Shown here: in pieces, positions 24,447 to 38,781 of the stretch
Layout of the letters: every line of letters begins with the position of its first letter
Position numbering within the stretch: position 1 is the stretch's first letter
Assembly: GCF_004010195.1 (NCBI RefSeq)
Contig: NC_057711.1
Coordinates: 73,841,399 to 73,905,398 of the forward strand
Direction: 5' to 3'
Origin: Chiloscyllium plagiosum
Taxonomy: Eukaryota
Length of the DNA: 64,000 bases
The notes under the pieces: model-generated
What the model was told of the DNA's origin: nothing
The model's input: only the letters and a program-made list of their open reading frames with translations
The model's database searches: none
Made by a program: the position numbers and the translations under genes

Positions 24447-24679
24447 GGAGAAAGTGAGGACTGCAGATGCTGAAGATCAGAGCTGAAAATGTGTTGCTGG
24501 AAAAGCGCAGCATGTCAGGCAGCATCCAAGGAGCAGGAAAATCGATGTTTCGGGCATGAGCCCTTCTTCAGGAAAATCAGCCCTTTCCTGAAGAAGGGCT
24601 CATGCCCGAAACATCGATTCTCCTGCTCCTTGGATGCTGCCTGACGTGCTGCGCTTTTCCAGCAACACATTTTCAGCAC
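24447..24679. mobile_element. Penelope-derived fold-back mini-element with 12-bp TSD
   Basis: CTTCAGTTTCTA at 24435-24446 and 24680-24691; arms 24482-24575 and 24584-24677; CUGAAGA 24588-24594, GGGC-UCAU-GCCC, GAAACAUC 24608-24615. Confidence 0.92.
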
Positions 24680-26067
24680 CTTCAGTTTCTATCCATGTTT
24701 ACTGGAAATAAGGAGAATCAAGTGCCACAATTTAAAAAAAAATGTCATTATATTTCAACTTGACCACAAATAGCTTCCATCATTTGCTGCAATGAAGCCG
24801 TCTCCAGTGATTGCACATGTGGGTGGTTAGCTATTATGTTTCAGTTAATGGTTCCTGAGATGATAGCTGTTATTGACTTCTGTAAGTTGAGCTGTTTGCT
24901 CTGTTTCCCTGAACACTGCAGAGACAACTTGACCTTTCAGGCATCTTGATACCAACGCCATTGCTCAAATGAGGAGTAACACGAGGCTACAGAAGTATTA
25001 CTATCCCGGAAGCAGGAACATCATTTATATCCAATCTATGTTTACCCTTGTTTACACAATTCCATGATCTGTATGAGAAAAAATTCAGTCAACATCAAGA
25101 TTACTGAAGATCCTGTTAATATAAACTCCAGCAAGTATAAAGATGGGAAAATAAAAGATCTGACATAATAACACTTTAAGCTCGCTCATCGGGATCTCTC
25201 GTCAAAACAGCTCTACAGAGATCATATGTTTCATTTATGCATTGCAGTTCCCTGTTGGTACTAGCCTGAGTTGCAGAATTTTCCATGAGAACCATTATGC
25301 AAGGTATAATGTCCGGTGACTGAACAAACCATTTCCACAGTTCATCTCCTATCCATGCCTTTGTTATCAGTAGGTACAAATATTCCATTATTCTTTTGGA
25401 TGGTCTTCCAACTTCAGCCTTTCATGACTTTGAGCTCATACAAAATTCTGCTGGATGGATCTTAGATTGCACTAAGTCTTATGTATGTAGTTTCTTGCTA
25501 ATATCAAGATTATGCAGTGTGAAATCTGGTCTTTTAAACTCAGAGATATTTAAGTGTGCTTGATCCTTCATGACAATCTGCAGTGCCCCTCACTGAAAAG
25601 CAGCAGACTTGCCCCTGCTTCATTGCAACTTTGGGAAGCCCTATGTAAGATCAGACATGGAACTGGAAAATGATAGTTATGAAGTGGGAGATGGCACAGG
25701 GGCAGGGTGACACTAGGCACATGAACAAACAAGATGACTGCTGACCCATAAGTTTGCCACTTGACACACAAGATGGCTACTGGACCACAATATGGAGAGA
25801 GACAGCAGAGGAAACAGATCCTGCCTGGGGCCACCAGGGTGCCACACAATGCACTCACAACCTGGTTGATTAGTTTAAGGCAGGCAGGGGAGAGAATGCA
25901 TCTGAGTAGTATATACTGCCCGCCGAAGTGTCTGGTTCCAGCCAACAACTTTGATAGAAATGCTAACTGCTTGATATGGACTCAATACAAAGTATTAATA
26001 GCCAGGCTGCAGTAAGCGTCCTTCTCAGGAAGCGCGATTAGCACCCATTACTATAATAATGCAGATG

Positions 26068-26170
26068 CTGAAATTGACAGTGTCTGTGCTGAAACTGACA
26101 ACGACTGCACTGAAATTAATAAAGGCTGCACTGGAACTGACAATGACTGCACCGAAACTATTAATGATTT
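26068..26170 (+). repeat. Degenerate 21-bp minisatellite (~5 units)
   Basis: Units ctgaaattgacagtgtctgtg / ctgaaactgacaacgactgca / ctgaaattaataaaggctgca / ctggaactgacaatgactgca / ccgaaactattaatga. Confidence 0.8.
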
Positions 26171-27329
26171 TGGAATGTTTACAATAAACAAACTATGTCA
26201 CAAAGACAAAACCTTATCACTGACCGATTATACCACAAAATGTATACAAGTATCTTGACATGGGCTCTGGGGTAAAAGAGGACTCGCAACTGACCACTGT
26301 GCTGTTGGTGTCTTTATCTCCCCGGAGCTCCGATATTTCCTTGTACAATAAACTCTGTTGTTGAACCTCGATTTTGACTCTGAGACTGGTGATTTTCCCC
26401 TCAGTGGTGAGTTGAGTTTTGTTTGCTTTTTTAGATGTTGAGTTGAATAAAGATGATATAAAATGGGGTTGCTTTATCATGACTTTGGTTTAAGGACTGT
26501 GGCCAAAAGGATGTAATGATAGCTAGTAACAAGGGATGATAAAATACCATACTGTTTGCCATCGAAGATTAGGTGTTGTATTCATGGAAACGCAAGTCAA
26601 ATGAGTTGCTTACAAACATTTTATCCAGAACATTAAATTCCAACAGGAAGGCACCTTGAATAGAAGTTAGGCTACCTGATTGAAATAGCAGTTCTCCAAC
26701 TCATGCAACCTTCAGATGTTGCTACCCTCTGAGTATTGACCATGATGGCAAAGTTAATCATATCTTCATGTAAATTCATAGATTTCTTTTACATACTTAT
26801 ACATTTTTATAATAATTTATCTGATATTATAAAAGGCACCCTTCTCTGATGTATCAACAACTATCGCTCTGTGCATTTTTATTTCAGACAGACAAGCCAC
26901 TGAGGGAGTAAAACAATAGCTTTAAACATTACAAAATATTTCAATCCATGACATGTTGATGTAAATGAAGCAATTATTTTATTCCATATGAATAACACTG
27001 CCAAATGGTACATTAAAGCTGGTACATTATGATGCAGGTGAAAGTGTCAAGCTCTGTAACTGAGTTTCAGTACTGACTGATGGGCAACATGTCATATTTT
27101 GACAGTAGTTCAGAGATGCTCGGATGTCCTGTGTTTTCTATCTAACGTGATCATGGCCAAGGCTAGTTTGCCGGATGAATGAAGAAACATACTCTGGTGG
27201 GATTTTCAAAAGAAGTATTCAGAATGCAGAAACTATACCATGTGTCAAAATGTATGGTTGCTTCTCATTTAAGAATGATGAGAGACTAGTGATGGTTAGT
27301 TTGGCTTTGCACCAGGAAGAAGCATCACT

Positions 27330-28360
27330 GACCCAATTTTCATCAGACCAATTTCACCAATTGATTGAGAGATATGAGGAAGAAAAGGATTTACATCTGG
27401 CCTTCCTTGACCTGGAAGAATTGCAAAAACATGCAAACAGGTTATTGAGGAAAAAGATCTGGAAATCTGAGACAGAAGGGAAACCAGAGAAGCATGTCAG
27501 GATCACTGAAGACATGTAAAAGAACAACAAGGTATCAGTAAGGAGCAGCACCGGTGATTCAAGAAAATCAAAGGTAAAATTAAAGTCCAGCAAGGTTCGT
27601 TCCTCAGCCCACTCTTGTTCATCTTCATCCCCAAATCAGTGTTGAACAGTAGATCCACACTGGAACATGCTATATGAGATGATGTGGCAATTATGATCGC
27701 AGGTATGAAAGAATTACAGGAGAGTGCAAGAAGATACTAAAAAACCCTCAAAAATACAATACCGAAGATGTGTGGCAAAAAGTCTATAGATCTGTACTTT
27801 TGTGAACCAGCTGGGAGGCAGTGGCATTGTATCAATTGTTGGAATAGAAGAGTGACTAAACTTAAGTACCTGTACTTAATTGTCCACAAAGAAAGTGGGC
27901 TGGAGATGGATGTCACACACTGATAGGCATTGCACAGAGCTAGTAGAGTCTAGCATCCATTCCAATCAAAAATTGTGACCCCAGCTAAAGGAGTAAGTCC
28001 TTAAGACCTGTATTTAGTAAACACTGTTGGATAGGTTTGATATCTGGCCCTTGAAAAGTGGGAAGTTAGATATAGCAGAGTTAAGAATGTTGAAGTAAGT
28101 CTGACACAGCTAAAGAAGAAACCAGGTCCATAACCACAGTATCTGGACCAAAATCAAAGTTACTGCAGTGTCTAAAAAGGCTCAAAAGAGGAGCCTGGGA
28201 TGGTATGGGCAAAGAAAGCCAGAAGATCAAGTCATGAAAAAGATGTTGGATTGGAGTGTATCAGGGATGAGGAAAAGAGCAAGTCCAAGATGACGATGGA
28301 TGGACACAATCCAAGACAATATGGAGGAGAAAGATGCCTGGAGTTGGGATATCTAGAAAG
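27330..28360 (+). mobile_element. Highly decayed RTE-clade LINE RT fragment
   Basis: QLIERYEEEKDLHLAFLDLEE, GKPEKHVRITEDM, then VRSSTGDS...QQGSFLSPLLFI, and an LGWYG-like C-terminal motif near 28195. Confidence 0.65.
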
Positions 28361-30894
28361 GAAAGTGGATTAAGGCTATTATGCGCTGTGATTTCACCTA
28401 ATGGGAAAAGTGAGAACAAAAGAAAGAATGAAGAATCCAGATTTGCTAAAGGAAACAATAACATTCAAGTGTGTTTTTACAGGAATTTTCAGGAATTTGT
28501 TTGGTTTGATTCCAAATTACTTGCCACCTTCCACCATTTCTATCAAAATATTAAAACTGATCCCTTTTTCTTCCAGTAAAGGAGCCTTATTCCTGGCAGA
28601 GATGTTGATGTTGCCCTGATTCAGTAAGATGATGAGTTATTCTTCACATTTGACAAGCATTGACATAGTTTTCATTCACACAAAGATACTATCCTGCCCC
28701 CTCATCTCTCACAGAAACATTGTTGCAATTCATCCCTTAGCAGAGACATCTACTGTTCCTTTCTCACAAAACACAAAGATTTTCCCTTGCTTTTTCTCTG
28801 TCACACGCACACACATCAAACATTCTTTCCCTCTTGCACGCAGGGAAACTAAAGTAATTACCTTTCCCACAGACTGTCTTCCTTTTGTCACAGAAGAAAA
28901 TTGGTTTCAAACATTGTCTATGGAAGTTGATATTTATAATTGTTTGTATATAGTGTTTGGAAAAACTAAATATGGTGTAAAGTGAGCAAAAAATCTACAG
29001 TAATTGTTTATAATTTTAATATTATATATAATGATTATACAACTATATCTACATACCTGTTTATACTCATAAATATACACAATTGTATGTACAGAGAAAG
29101 AAATTGAGAAAGTCTACTTGTTTCCAAAGTTAACATCACTTCAATGGACCAGCAATGCTGAAAAAAAGACAACTAAACAAGATATATGTTATTAATGCAC
29201 AAATTGACCAGTAACTTGTAGAAGGAAGAGAAGGATAACTATGAATCACTGCACGTTATTGACCAACTTGAATTTCTGTTGTTAGTTTCATGATTCAGCA
29301 TCTTAACTTCCATTAGCAACAATTTGCTGCTTTTGTACATTTTGTCCAATAAACTAGGAAATTAAGTCTAGTAATTGATAGCACCTCTTAATGATGAAAT
29401 TATTATCAATGACTGCTAATGAACTTTATTTTTCCAAAGGTGAACTCTAAGTGCAGGGTTGAATTGATTTAACAAATTATTAAACTGTAGAATATTTTGT
29501 TTACTCGTTCTTTCTTAGTTTTCAGTTCTTCACTTCTCTCTCTTAATCCATTCTTTATTTTTTTCTCTATTGTTGTTTCCATTTTGGACTTTGTATTTAA
29601 TTCACTCACTCTAATTCATAATTTTCTTTGCTATGCATATTACAATATAAAAGGAAACTGTTAGATATGGTGAAATCTAAAACAAAATAAATTATAGTAA
29701 ACCAGTCAGACCACATTTGTGGGGAGATTAACAGAGTGAATGAGTTATTTCAAGCCCCACCTGAGTTTGGGAATGGAGGCAGCTGGATCCAAAAGTAGTG
29801 GCATCAGCAGGCACACTGGTCTCCCAATTCCATTATCAAGTTGTTCGTTTTGGCTGACGCGGTTTTGAGATCCAGTGGGGCTACCAATTAGGCTCATTAA
29901 AAGCCTTTTTAGGAGCATTAAAGGAGGGTGATTGGGATTTTCAAGTTGGTCTCTGGATTCCAAATGTGATTGGAAGATTTGCATCTCAACTGCATTCTTA
30001 TGAACATCAGCAACAGACCAAGGTGCCAACAGTCCAGGAAGGCTTTTAAGCTCTATTTCCCTGTCGAGCTGTGGTTGCAGCAAACACAGAACAAGGAATA
30101 AGTATTGCATTGTGCATTAAGGTGAGTGTGTGGATGATGGGTGGGAGGAATAACATGCACCACGGAACCCAGTCAGTGGTATACGTCTTTGGTCAATGTG
30201 TGACAGTTCCTCCTGCAATTATTTCATTACTCCTTAGAAACAGGCTTTGATTATTTCAATGTTAAAATAAATTCCATTCTGTAAAATAAAAAACTCCTCT
30301 AAATCTATATAATTTATTCTGAACTTGAAATTAACTTCCTATACTCTTCTGATTGAGCCAGTGTTGGAATGGGGATGCAATTAAGTCTACAACAAAATAT
30401 AAAATGAGAAAAGGCCTGTTATTTTGATTACATTATTTATTGAATGATGGCAATTATTTTATACTTTCCATTACAACACATATACAATACAAACATTTCA
30501 TGTTTGCGGATGTATGTGCAACTTGTTTTAATTCATATGTGATTTTTGAAAACACTCAGATCTTTTTGGAACTATTATCTGCTTGAATTAGGACATCTTA
30601 GTACAATTCTATTTTAATAGCAGATATGATTCATTAACAAAGTTGTGCTATCTCTATGTTTTATCAAAGCAATCTTCTTTTAGGAATGTATAATTAGAAA
30701 AGCCTTTTGTTCTCATTGTGATGTTGAACACAATGTTTCACAACATTGTTACAGGAGTTTTGTATTGGGCTATGATAGCTCAAGGCGTATTCATATAATT
30801 TAGCCCTATCAAAAAATCCTGGAACCCCCTCCACACACACACACACATCTCAAGGGCAGTTAGGGTTGGGCAGCAAATGGTAGCCTTAGCAATA

Positions 30895-31700
30895 AGTTCA
30901 TTAGATATAGGAGCAGAATTACACCATTCAGCCCTTGGAGTCTGCTCCGCCGTTCGGTCATGGCTGATATGCCTTTCACCCCCATTTTCCTGCCTTCTCT
31001 CCATTTCCCTTCAACCTACTACCAATTAAAAATCTGTCTTACTTCTCCCTACATTTATTGGTTATCCACATTAAACTTCATCTGCCACATTTTGGTCTAC
31101 TCTCCTAACCTATCCATATCCATTGGTAAGGTTCTTATTTCCTCATTGCAACTTACTATCCTGCAAATTTGGCTATAGAGCCTTCAATCCTAGCACCCAA
31201 GCCATTAATGTAGTTGGCAAATTGCTGGGGTCCAAGAACTGAACCCTGTGGCACTCCACTAGCTACATTTTGACACCTGGAAAATAATCCATTTATCCCA
31301 ACTCTCTGTCTTCTGTCCATTAGCCAGTCATCTATCCAGGCTAATAAATTACCCTAATCCCATATGATCCAACTTTGTGAATTAACCTTTTGTGTGGCAT
31401 CTTATCAAACACCTTCCAGAAGTCCAGATAAATTACATCTACAGCATTCCCATTATCCACTTTTCTTGTTACATATTTGAAGAACCCTAACAGATTAGTC
31501 AAACATGATTTTCCCCTCATAAAACCATGCTGACTCTGATGGATAGCGTTTTGATTTTCCAAATGTCCCTATATTGCTACCTTGATAATTGATTCTAAAA
31601 TTTTCCCAACAACAGATGTTAAACTAACTGGTCTGTAATTTCCCAGAATTTGCCGCCCTCCCTTTTTGAATAAGGGTGTTATATTGTCCATCTTCCAATT
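30895..31700 (-). mobile_element. CR1 LINE fragments
   Basis: SQHGFMRGKSCLTNLLGFF...VDVIYLDFWKVFDKMPHKRL (31341-31562). Confidence 0.85.
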
Positions 31701-32004
31701 CATGTCACTCACCTTACATAACTTCACGTTTTCTGTTAATTTGGAGGGAAAATCAAAATTTCACAAAATTTGAATACCTCAATGCAATGTTTCTTACTGA
31801 CGAAACATATGCTGCCATATAGATGTCATTGCACACCTCAACTGTCACTTCTGCAAAACATTCAGTCATTCATAAGAAGAATGTTCAGTAAGAATTGTTC
31901 ACAAGCTATATTTAAATGCACTCCCAGATTAAAGAAGAAGCCCACATTGACTATCCTAAAAGCATCCCACACATACAGACTCACCTCTCCATTTTATATG
32001 CTGG

Positions 32005-32235
32005 ATGTCCCATGGCTAATCCATCTAACCTGCATATCCCTGGACACTATGGGCGATTTAGCATGGTCAATCCAGCTAACCTGCACATCTCTGGACTGTG
32101 GGAGGAAACCAGAGCACGTGAGGAAACCCATGCAGACACAGGGAGAATGTGTAAACTCTATACAGTCACTCAAGGCTGGAATTGACCCTGGGCCCTGGCA
32201 CTGTGAGACAGCAGTGCTAACCACTGAGCTACAAG
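32005..32235 (-). mobile_element. tRNA-derived SINE (HE1-like)
   Basis: Homologous to 1921-2224; B-box GGGTCAATTCC on the minus strand near 32180-32190. Confidence 0.85.
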
Positions 32236-32375
32236 GAAGAGCCATGCTTAATCATCATTCAAACATAGAAACAGGAGTAAGCAATTCAGCCCTTTGATCA
32301 TATTCTGTGATTCAAATGCATCAAAGCTACGGGCCAAGTGCTAGAAAATGGCCTTAGAATAATTAGGTGGTTATT

Positions 32376-35250
32376 TCATAGAACATAGAACACTACAGCA
32401 CAGTACAGGCCCTTCAGCACTCCATGTTGCACCAACCTGTGGAACCAATTTGAAGCCCATCTGTCCTACACTATTCTGTTTTCATCCATATGTCTATCCA
32501 ATGACCATTTAAATGCCCTTAAAGTTGGTGAATCTATTACTGTTGCAGGCAGTGAGCTGCATGCCCCTACTCCTCTCTGAGTAAAGAAACTACCTCTGAC
32601 ATCTGTCCTATATCTATCACCCCGCAATTTAAAGCTATGTCCCCTCATGCTCGTCATCATTAATTGAGAAAAAAGGGTCTCACTGTCCACCCTATCTCGC
32701 ACTCTGATTACCTTGTATATCTCAATTAAGTCAGCTCTCAACCTTCTTTTCTCTAACAAAAACAGCTTCAAGTCCCTCAGCCTTTCCTCATAAGAGCTTT
32801 CAACCCTACCAGGGTAAATCTCCTGTGAACCCTTTCCAAAGCTTTCACATCCTTCTTATAATGCGGTGACCAGAACTGTATGCAATACTCCAAGTGTGGC
32901 CGCACCAAGATTTGTACAGCTGCAGCATGACCTTGTGGCTCCGAAACTCAATCCCTCTACCAATAAAAGCTAACACACCATATGCCTTCTTAACAATCCT
33001 ATCAACCTGGGTGGCAACTTTCAGGGATCTATGTACATGGACACCAAGATCTCTCTACTCATCTACACTACCAAGAATCTTACCATTAGCCCAGTACTCC
33101 TTATTCCTGTTGCTTCTTCCAAAATGAATCACCTCACTCTTTTCCACATTAATCTCCATTTACCACCTCTCAGCCAAGCTCTGCAGCTTCTCTATGTCGC
33201 TCTGTAACCTACAATATCCTTCTGCACTATTCACAACTCCACCGACCTTAGTGTCATTCGGAAATTTACTAACCCATCCTTCTACACCCACACCTAGGTA
33301 ATTTATAAAAATGACCAACAACAGTGGACCCAAAACAAATCCTTGTGGCTCACCATTAGTAACTGAACTCCAGGATGAACATTTCCCATCAACCACCACT
33401 CTTTGTCTTCTGTCAGCTCGCCAACTTCTGAAACAAACTGCTAAATCACTCCCAATCCCATGCCGCCATATTTTGTGCAATAGCTTACCATGGAGAACTT
33501 TATCAAACACCTTACAGTAATCTATACAAACCACATCAACTGCTTTACCCTCATCCACCTGTTTGGTCACCATCTTCAAAAAACTCAATAAGGCTGGGGA
33601 GGCATGACCTACCCTTCACAAAACCTTGTTGACTAATCAACTTATTCCTCTCTCGGTAATTATAAATTCTATCTCTTCTGACCTTTTCTAATACTTTACT
33701 CACAACTGAACTAAGGCTTACTGGTCTATAATTACCAGGGTTGTCTCTACTCCTTTTCTTCAACAAGGGGACAACATTTGCTATCCTCCAGTCTTCTGGC
33801 ACTATTCCTGTAAACAATGATCAAAGCCAAAGACTCTGCAATCTTTTCCCTGGTCTCCACAAGAATCCTAGGATAAATCCCATCTGGCCCAGTAGACTTA
33901 TCTATTTTCACACTTTCCAGAATTGCTAACACCTCCTCCTTGCGAACGTCAATCCTCTCTAGTCTAATAGCCTGTATCTCAGTATTCTTCTAGAAAATAT
34001 TGTCTTTTTCCAGTTTGAATATTGATGACAAATATTCATTTAGTGCTTCCCCTACCTCCTCGGACTCCACTACTATTCTTGATGGCCCTATTTTTTCTCT
34101 AGTCATTCTTTTATTCCTGATATAGCTATAGAAAGCTTTAGGGTTTTCCTTGATCCTACCTGCCAATGACTTCTCATGTCCTCTCCTGGCTCTTCTTAAC
34201 TCTCTCTTTAGGTCTTTCCTGGATAACTTGTAACTCTCAAGCCCCTAAACTGAGCTTCATGTCTCATCCTAACATAAGCCTTCTTCTTCCTCTTGACAAA
34301 AGATTCAATTTCTTTAGTAAACCACAGCTCCCTCCTTTGACCACTGCCTCCCTGCCTGACAGGTACATACCTATCAAGGACACACAGTAGCTCTTACTTG
34401 AATAAGCTCTACATTTTAATTGTGCCCATCTCCTGCAGTTTCCTTTCCCATCCTATACATCATAAATCTTCCCTAATTGCATCTTAAATGCCTTTCCCCC
34501 CAGCAATAACTCTTGCCCTGCGCTATGCACCTATCCCTTTCCATCGCTAAAATGAACATAACCGAATTGTGGTCACTATCACCTACCTTACCCACCTCCA
34601 AATCTAAAATCTGCCAGGTTCATTACCCAGTACCAAATCCAATGTGGCCTCGCCTTGTTGGCTTGTCTACATACTGTGTCAAGACACCATCCCACACACA
34701 TTGGACAAAAACTGACCCATCTAAAGTAATCAAAATATAGCATTTCCAGTCTATTTTTGGAAAGTTAAAGCCCCCCATAACAACTACCCTGTTACTCTCA
34801 CTCCTGTCCAGAATTGTCTTTGCTATCCTTTCCTCTACGTCTCTGGAACTATTTGGAGACCTGTAAAAAACTCCCAACAGGGTGACCTCTCCTTTCCTGT
34901 TTCTAACCCCAGCCTATACTACCTCAGTAGACAAGACCTCAAACGTCCTTTCTGCTACCGTAATACTGTCCTTGACAAACAATGCCACACCTCCCCCTCT
35001 TTTACCATCTTCTCTGTTCTTACTGAAACATCTAAATCCCAGAACCTGCAACAACCATTCTTGTCCCTGCTGTATCCATGTTTCCAAAATGGCCACAACC
35101 TCAAAGTCCCAGGTACCGACCCATGCTGCAAGTTCATCCACCTAATTCCTAAACCTCCTGATATTGAAGTAGACACATTTCAAACCACCTTCCTGCTTGC
35201 CGGTGATCTCTTGCGACCTTGAAACCATATTTCTGACCTACTACTCTCAA
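32376..35250 (-). mobile_element. CR1 LINE ORF2 pseudogene (APE endonuclease + RT + 3' tail)
   Basis: DELAAWVGTWDFEVVAILETW, GVFYRSPNS...[57 protein letters not shown]; tail catagaacatagaac; several frameshifts. Confidence 0.92.
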
Positions 35251-38084
35251 CCTCCTGGACTCCTTTACTGTGTTTGCTGTGTTTATTTGGTCATCAAGTT
35301 CTGGAGTGGGACTTGAACCCATTGCTTCTGGCTTAGAAGTAGGGGCATTACCAATACCCTACACATTCTCCTGATTGAGCTATGCTTCCATAAATATGGC
35401 ACTAAATAGGATTTCAAGATTACTTTCTCAACTGTGGAAGAGTCATTTAAACATCTGCATCCCTTAAGCATTGTTTAAAACTATTAGCAATTAGTTTATA
35501 TTTAACTATTCAGTCTTCATGGATTTATTCAGCACTAATTCACCCATGTGAAAAAGTTAGTTTTGCAATAAACTTAAAACTGCATAACAACCTAATCACC
35601 TTTATGTTGCCACTCTAGTTAGTTTCTATTCAGACTTATTGGATCCACATGAAGATTTCTGCTTTAGCTCGGTCTCAACCTTTGGACAAGCTAGACTGTT
35701 CTATGGCTAACAAGTCATTATTGAATCCATTCAAACTATAACCACTATTTAGAATTTTACATCCGGCATGCCTATTGCTAAAAGATCTCCATCATTTTAA
35801 ATATGATAATTCTTTTGTCCTTACTGAGTATCACTGTAGAAAGACTAAATATGGTCACCTTGTAGAATGAAAATATTTCTGTTTGTCCTATATCGTTAGA
35901 TCTATGGCAACTACCTTTTAAAGCCACGTGCCAATGGAAGACTTGCAAAAGAGAATGGAGGCATTGTCCAATAGTTGTTACAGATCTTCTTGCTCTTTGC
36001 TCCTATTGGCTGCAAATCTTCCTTCTTTATCATACCTGTCACCTTAGTAGAATTTTTAACTTTCGACATTGAAGGAGAGCAAATTAACAATGTAGCTTTA
36101 AAACTTTTTTTGCTCTGATTTTTATAACTAAGTATAGTGAATGTATCAGTCTAATGCTCAGATTAGAGATACCGAACTAAGTTTAATGGCAGCAATACTG
36201 ACTCCATCAGTGGGCTGGAGAGTCAGAGTGAACCCCATGTTGCCATTTCTGGGAGCCCTGGTGTGATTTGGAGTCAATAAGCAATTCACTGGCTGGAGGT
36301 GGAGTTTCTAACTCTTGAATGATGGTAATCTGCCTATTAGAGTGAATCAGAGGGCTTGTAGCTCTTCAGTTTCAGTCAAGTAGGCTCAGTTAATGTGGTA
36401 TGCTTTTGAGACAAATGATGTTTTTTTCTAAGAGATTGTTCCTTGCCATGGGAACCACAAAGTGCCTGATCAGAAGAAAATCCCATCCCTGGGCGTATGG
36501 AGAGTTTTTACTGGATAATCTCCCTTCTTGGCATAGGCTTTCCACACCCTGCTGCTAATAGAATGCCAGCTATAGTGGGATGAAGACATTGTCACACCAA
36601 CTGAATTCCAGGGGGTTGGGAATATGACAGACACTCGATCCTTGGCCTTATTTCCCTACACTGATTGCACTAAACCCCACCAAACCTTGCCTCTTCCCAC
36701 CTACACACCCCCATCCCCAACCTTCTGCACCTCTGCAACTTGCAGCCTGCTCCTGAGGATTGCTTTAAGGTTCACCCATCATGATTTGATTGGGAGTACC
36801 TGGCTGGGTAATCTGTAGGTCCACGAGTTCAAAATAATTGGCTTACCATACTCCATGTGAAGATTCAACTGTGCGCTTTTCTTTGAAGTTCACTCAATTG
36901 CATAGGTATGTCATTAGAGACTGTGGGTTGGATTGTGTCCTAGAATCCATTGGCTGCAGGAACGTTTGCAATTTGCAAGGGACCTCATGAAGGAGTGAAG
37001 AGGAAACTTGCTCGCTACCAATCAACAGTTTCTTAACCTCTATAAGGATGTTATCAAGGATTGATTTGGATAACAATGATATGAAGCAAAAACATCTGAT
37101 ACACTTCATGGCACAGCTGTTTGGATAACTGTGAGGCAAAATGAATTTTGTTTCCAGTTATGATTTTTAAGTGAAAGGTGGGTGTAGCTAACGAGCACTA
37201 CCTCTATCCTCATGGCCCTGTCCTGTTCTTGGCAAGGCTAGGTTGCCTCCAAATTGGTTGCTTCCTACCTTTTCATTGGTACCAGACAGATTGCTCACAC
37301 CTCTTGGGAGTGCTAAGCTTGTCACTTGTCTGATCAGTCCTGTCTGTTTACAAATAGTGCTGTGAGAGCATATTGTTCAGATACAAAATAGAGATTGAGA
37401 TTTTATCTGATTGTCATGTTCCTGAATATACTTTGAAATCCACCTCTACATCTTGACTTATAAAATAATTTATTACAGTTATTTTAGCTTTCTTTAGAGA
37501 CCCAATGTTTTATGACAAAAGAAAAAGAAATTAGTACATCAATATTCCTTAACGTTTTGGTAATGTTCATTAGATTGTGAATCAAGGTAATATTTTAACT
37601 AATCTTTTCATCTTATCTCAAAGTGAATGTCTTTTCTAGAATTGCAGAGTCAAAGAAATCTGCAATGAATCTATGCACCACAGAACTTAAACTCCTTATA
37701 ACCAATATAATTTGTTCTTCCTATATTCATCTCTTCATTCTCTTCCTCTGATTTATCTTTGATATCTAATATTTTGAGCACCTCACCTTTGTGTTTGGTG
37801 ATGAATCATATAAATATACTTTGAAATCAAATCCAAAGAATCTATTAGCTTTTCCTTCCATGTTCCTGTGATTCATTGATTCACTATTGCTGAACAATCC
37901 TGGTTTCAATTGTATCGCTCGATCTACTAAAGATTTCTTTCATCTTCCTTCTCTCTGTTTTTAATTCTGCCGTTGTTTTGAAGCCCACATCCAGTATCTG
38001 GGTTATATCAAAATTTGGAAATCATTGGTCTCTGATTCATGTGTGGGACAAACGTATGTTCTACAAATGTTGGAAGAAATGACT

Positions 38085-38375
38085 GTTTCAATTAACATTT
38101 TTCAGACATCTGATCCAACAGAGTCTCCTTCTTTGGGAACAAAGTACCTGTCAGAATCAATAACCTGTCCACGTCAGATATGTTAGCATCATCTAGTAAT
38201 TTAAGTGCCAGTATCATTGCAGAAATACCCAAATTGATCAAAGACAGAACCACAACAATATCCAAATTGAATTTCATCAATCTTTTGTGCAATCTGTTCA
38301 AAATAGTGATACCTGGTCACCTGCTTTTCAAATATCTGTCAAATTTTGATCAGGCAGCCTTCACAGATGTTTGAA
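38085..38375 (-). mobile_element. Possible decayed LTR-retrotransposon gag-like fragment
   Basis: NRLHKRLMKFNL...ILALKLLDDANISDVDRLLILTG...TLLDQMSE resembles, from memory only, N-termini of LTR-element polyproteins in sharks. Confidence 0.4.
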
Positions 38376-38781
38376 GGATCATTGTTTTTGTAAGTTTAGT
38401 TAATATTTAGTTCTCGTAGTAGTACATGTCAGTAAAGTTACTCTGAGATTAATTTTACCATAGTTTGGCAAAGTGGCACTTTCATCCAATTTCATGGATG
38501 GTTTCTCTCTACAAAGCCAAATGGGTTTTGTCCTACTAACATTGTAAACTCACTTCATTAACTACCCTCAACTCCCCTATGGTGCTCCTGTCATCCAACG
38601 CTAGCTGCATTCTTCCACTCACTATAGCCGGAAGTAATCACAACTGTCAGGATATTTAGGGATCACTGATGCCTGTGGCATCTTTAAAAGGCCATTGTGC
38701 ATCTAGTTATATTGTTGATCCAGAGTTGTTCTGCTTGCTTTGTAACTTTGCCTTGGACGTGACTGAAAAGGGAAATGAAAA

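Noticed and set aside
26068..26170. CRISPR-like array
   Set aside because: Contiguous degenerate 21-mers with no unique spacers, in vertebrate DNA.
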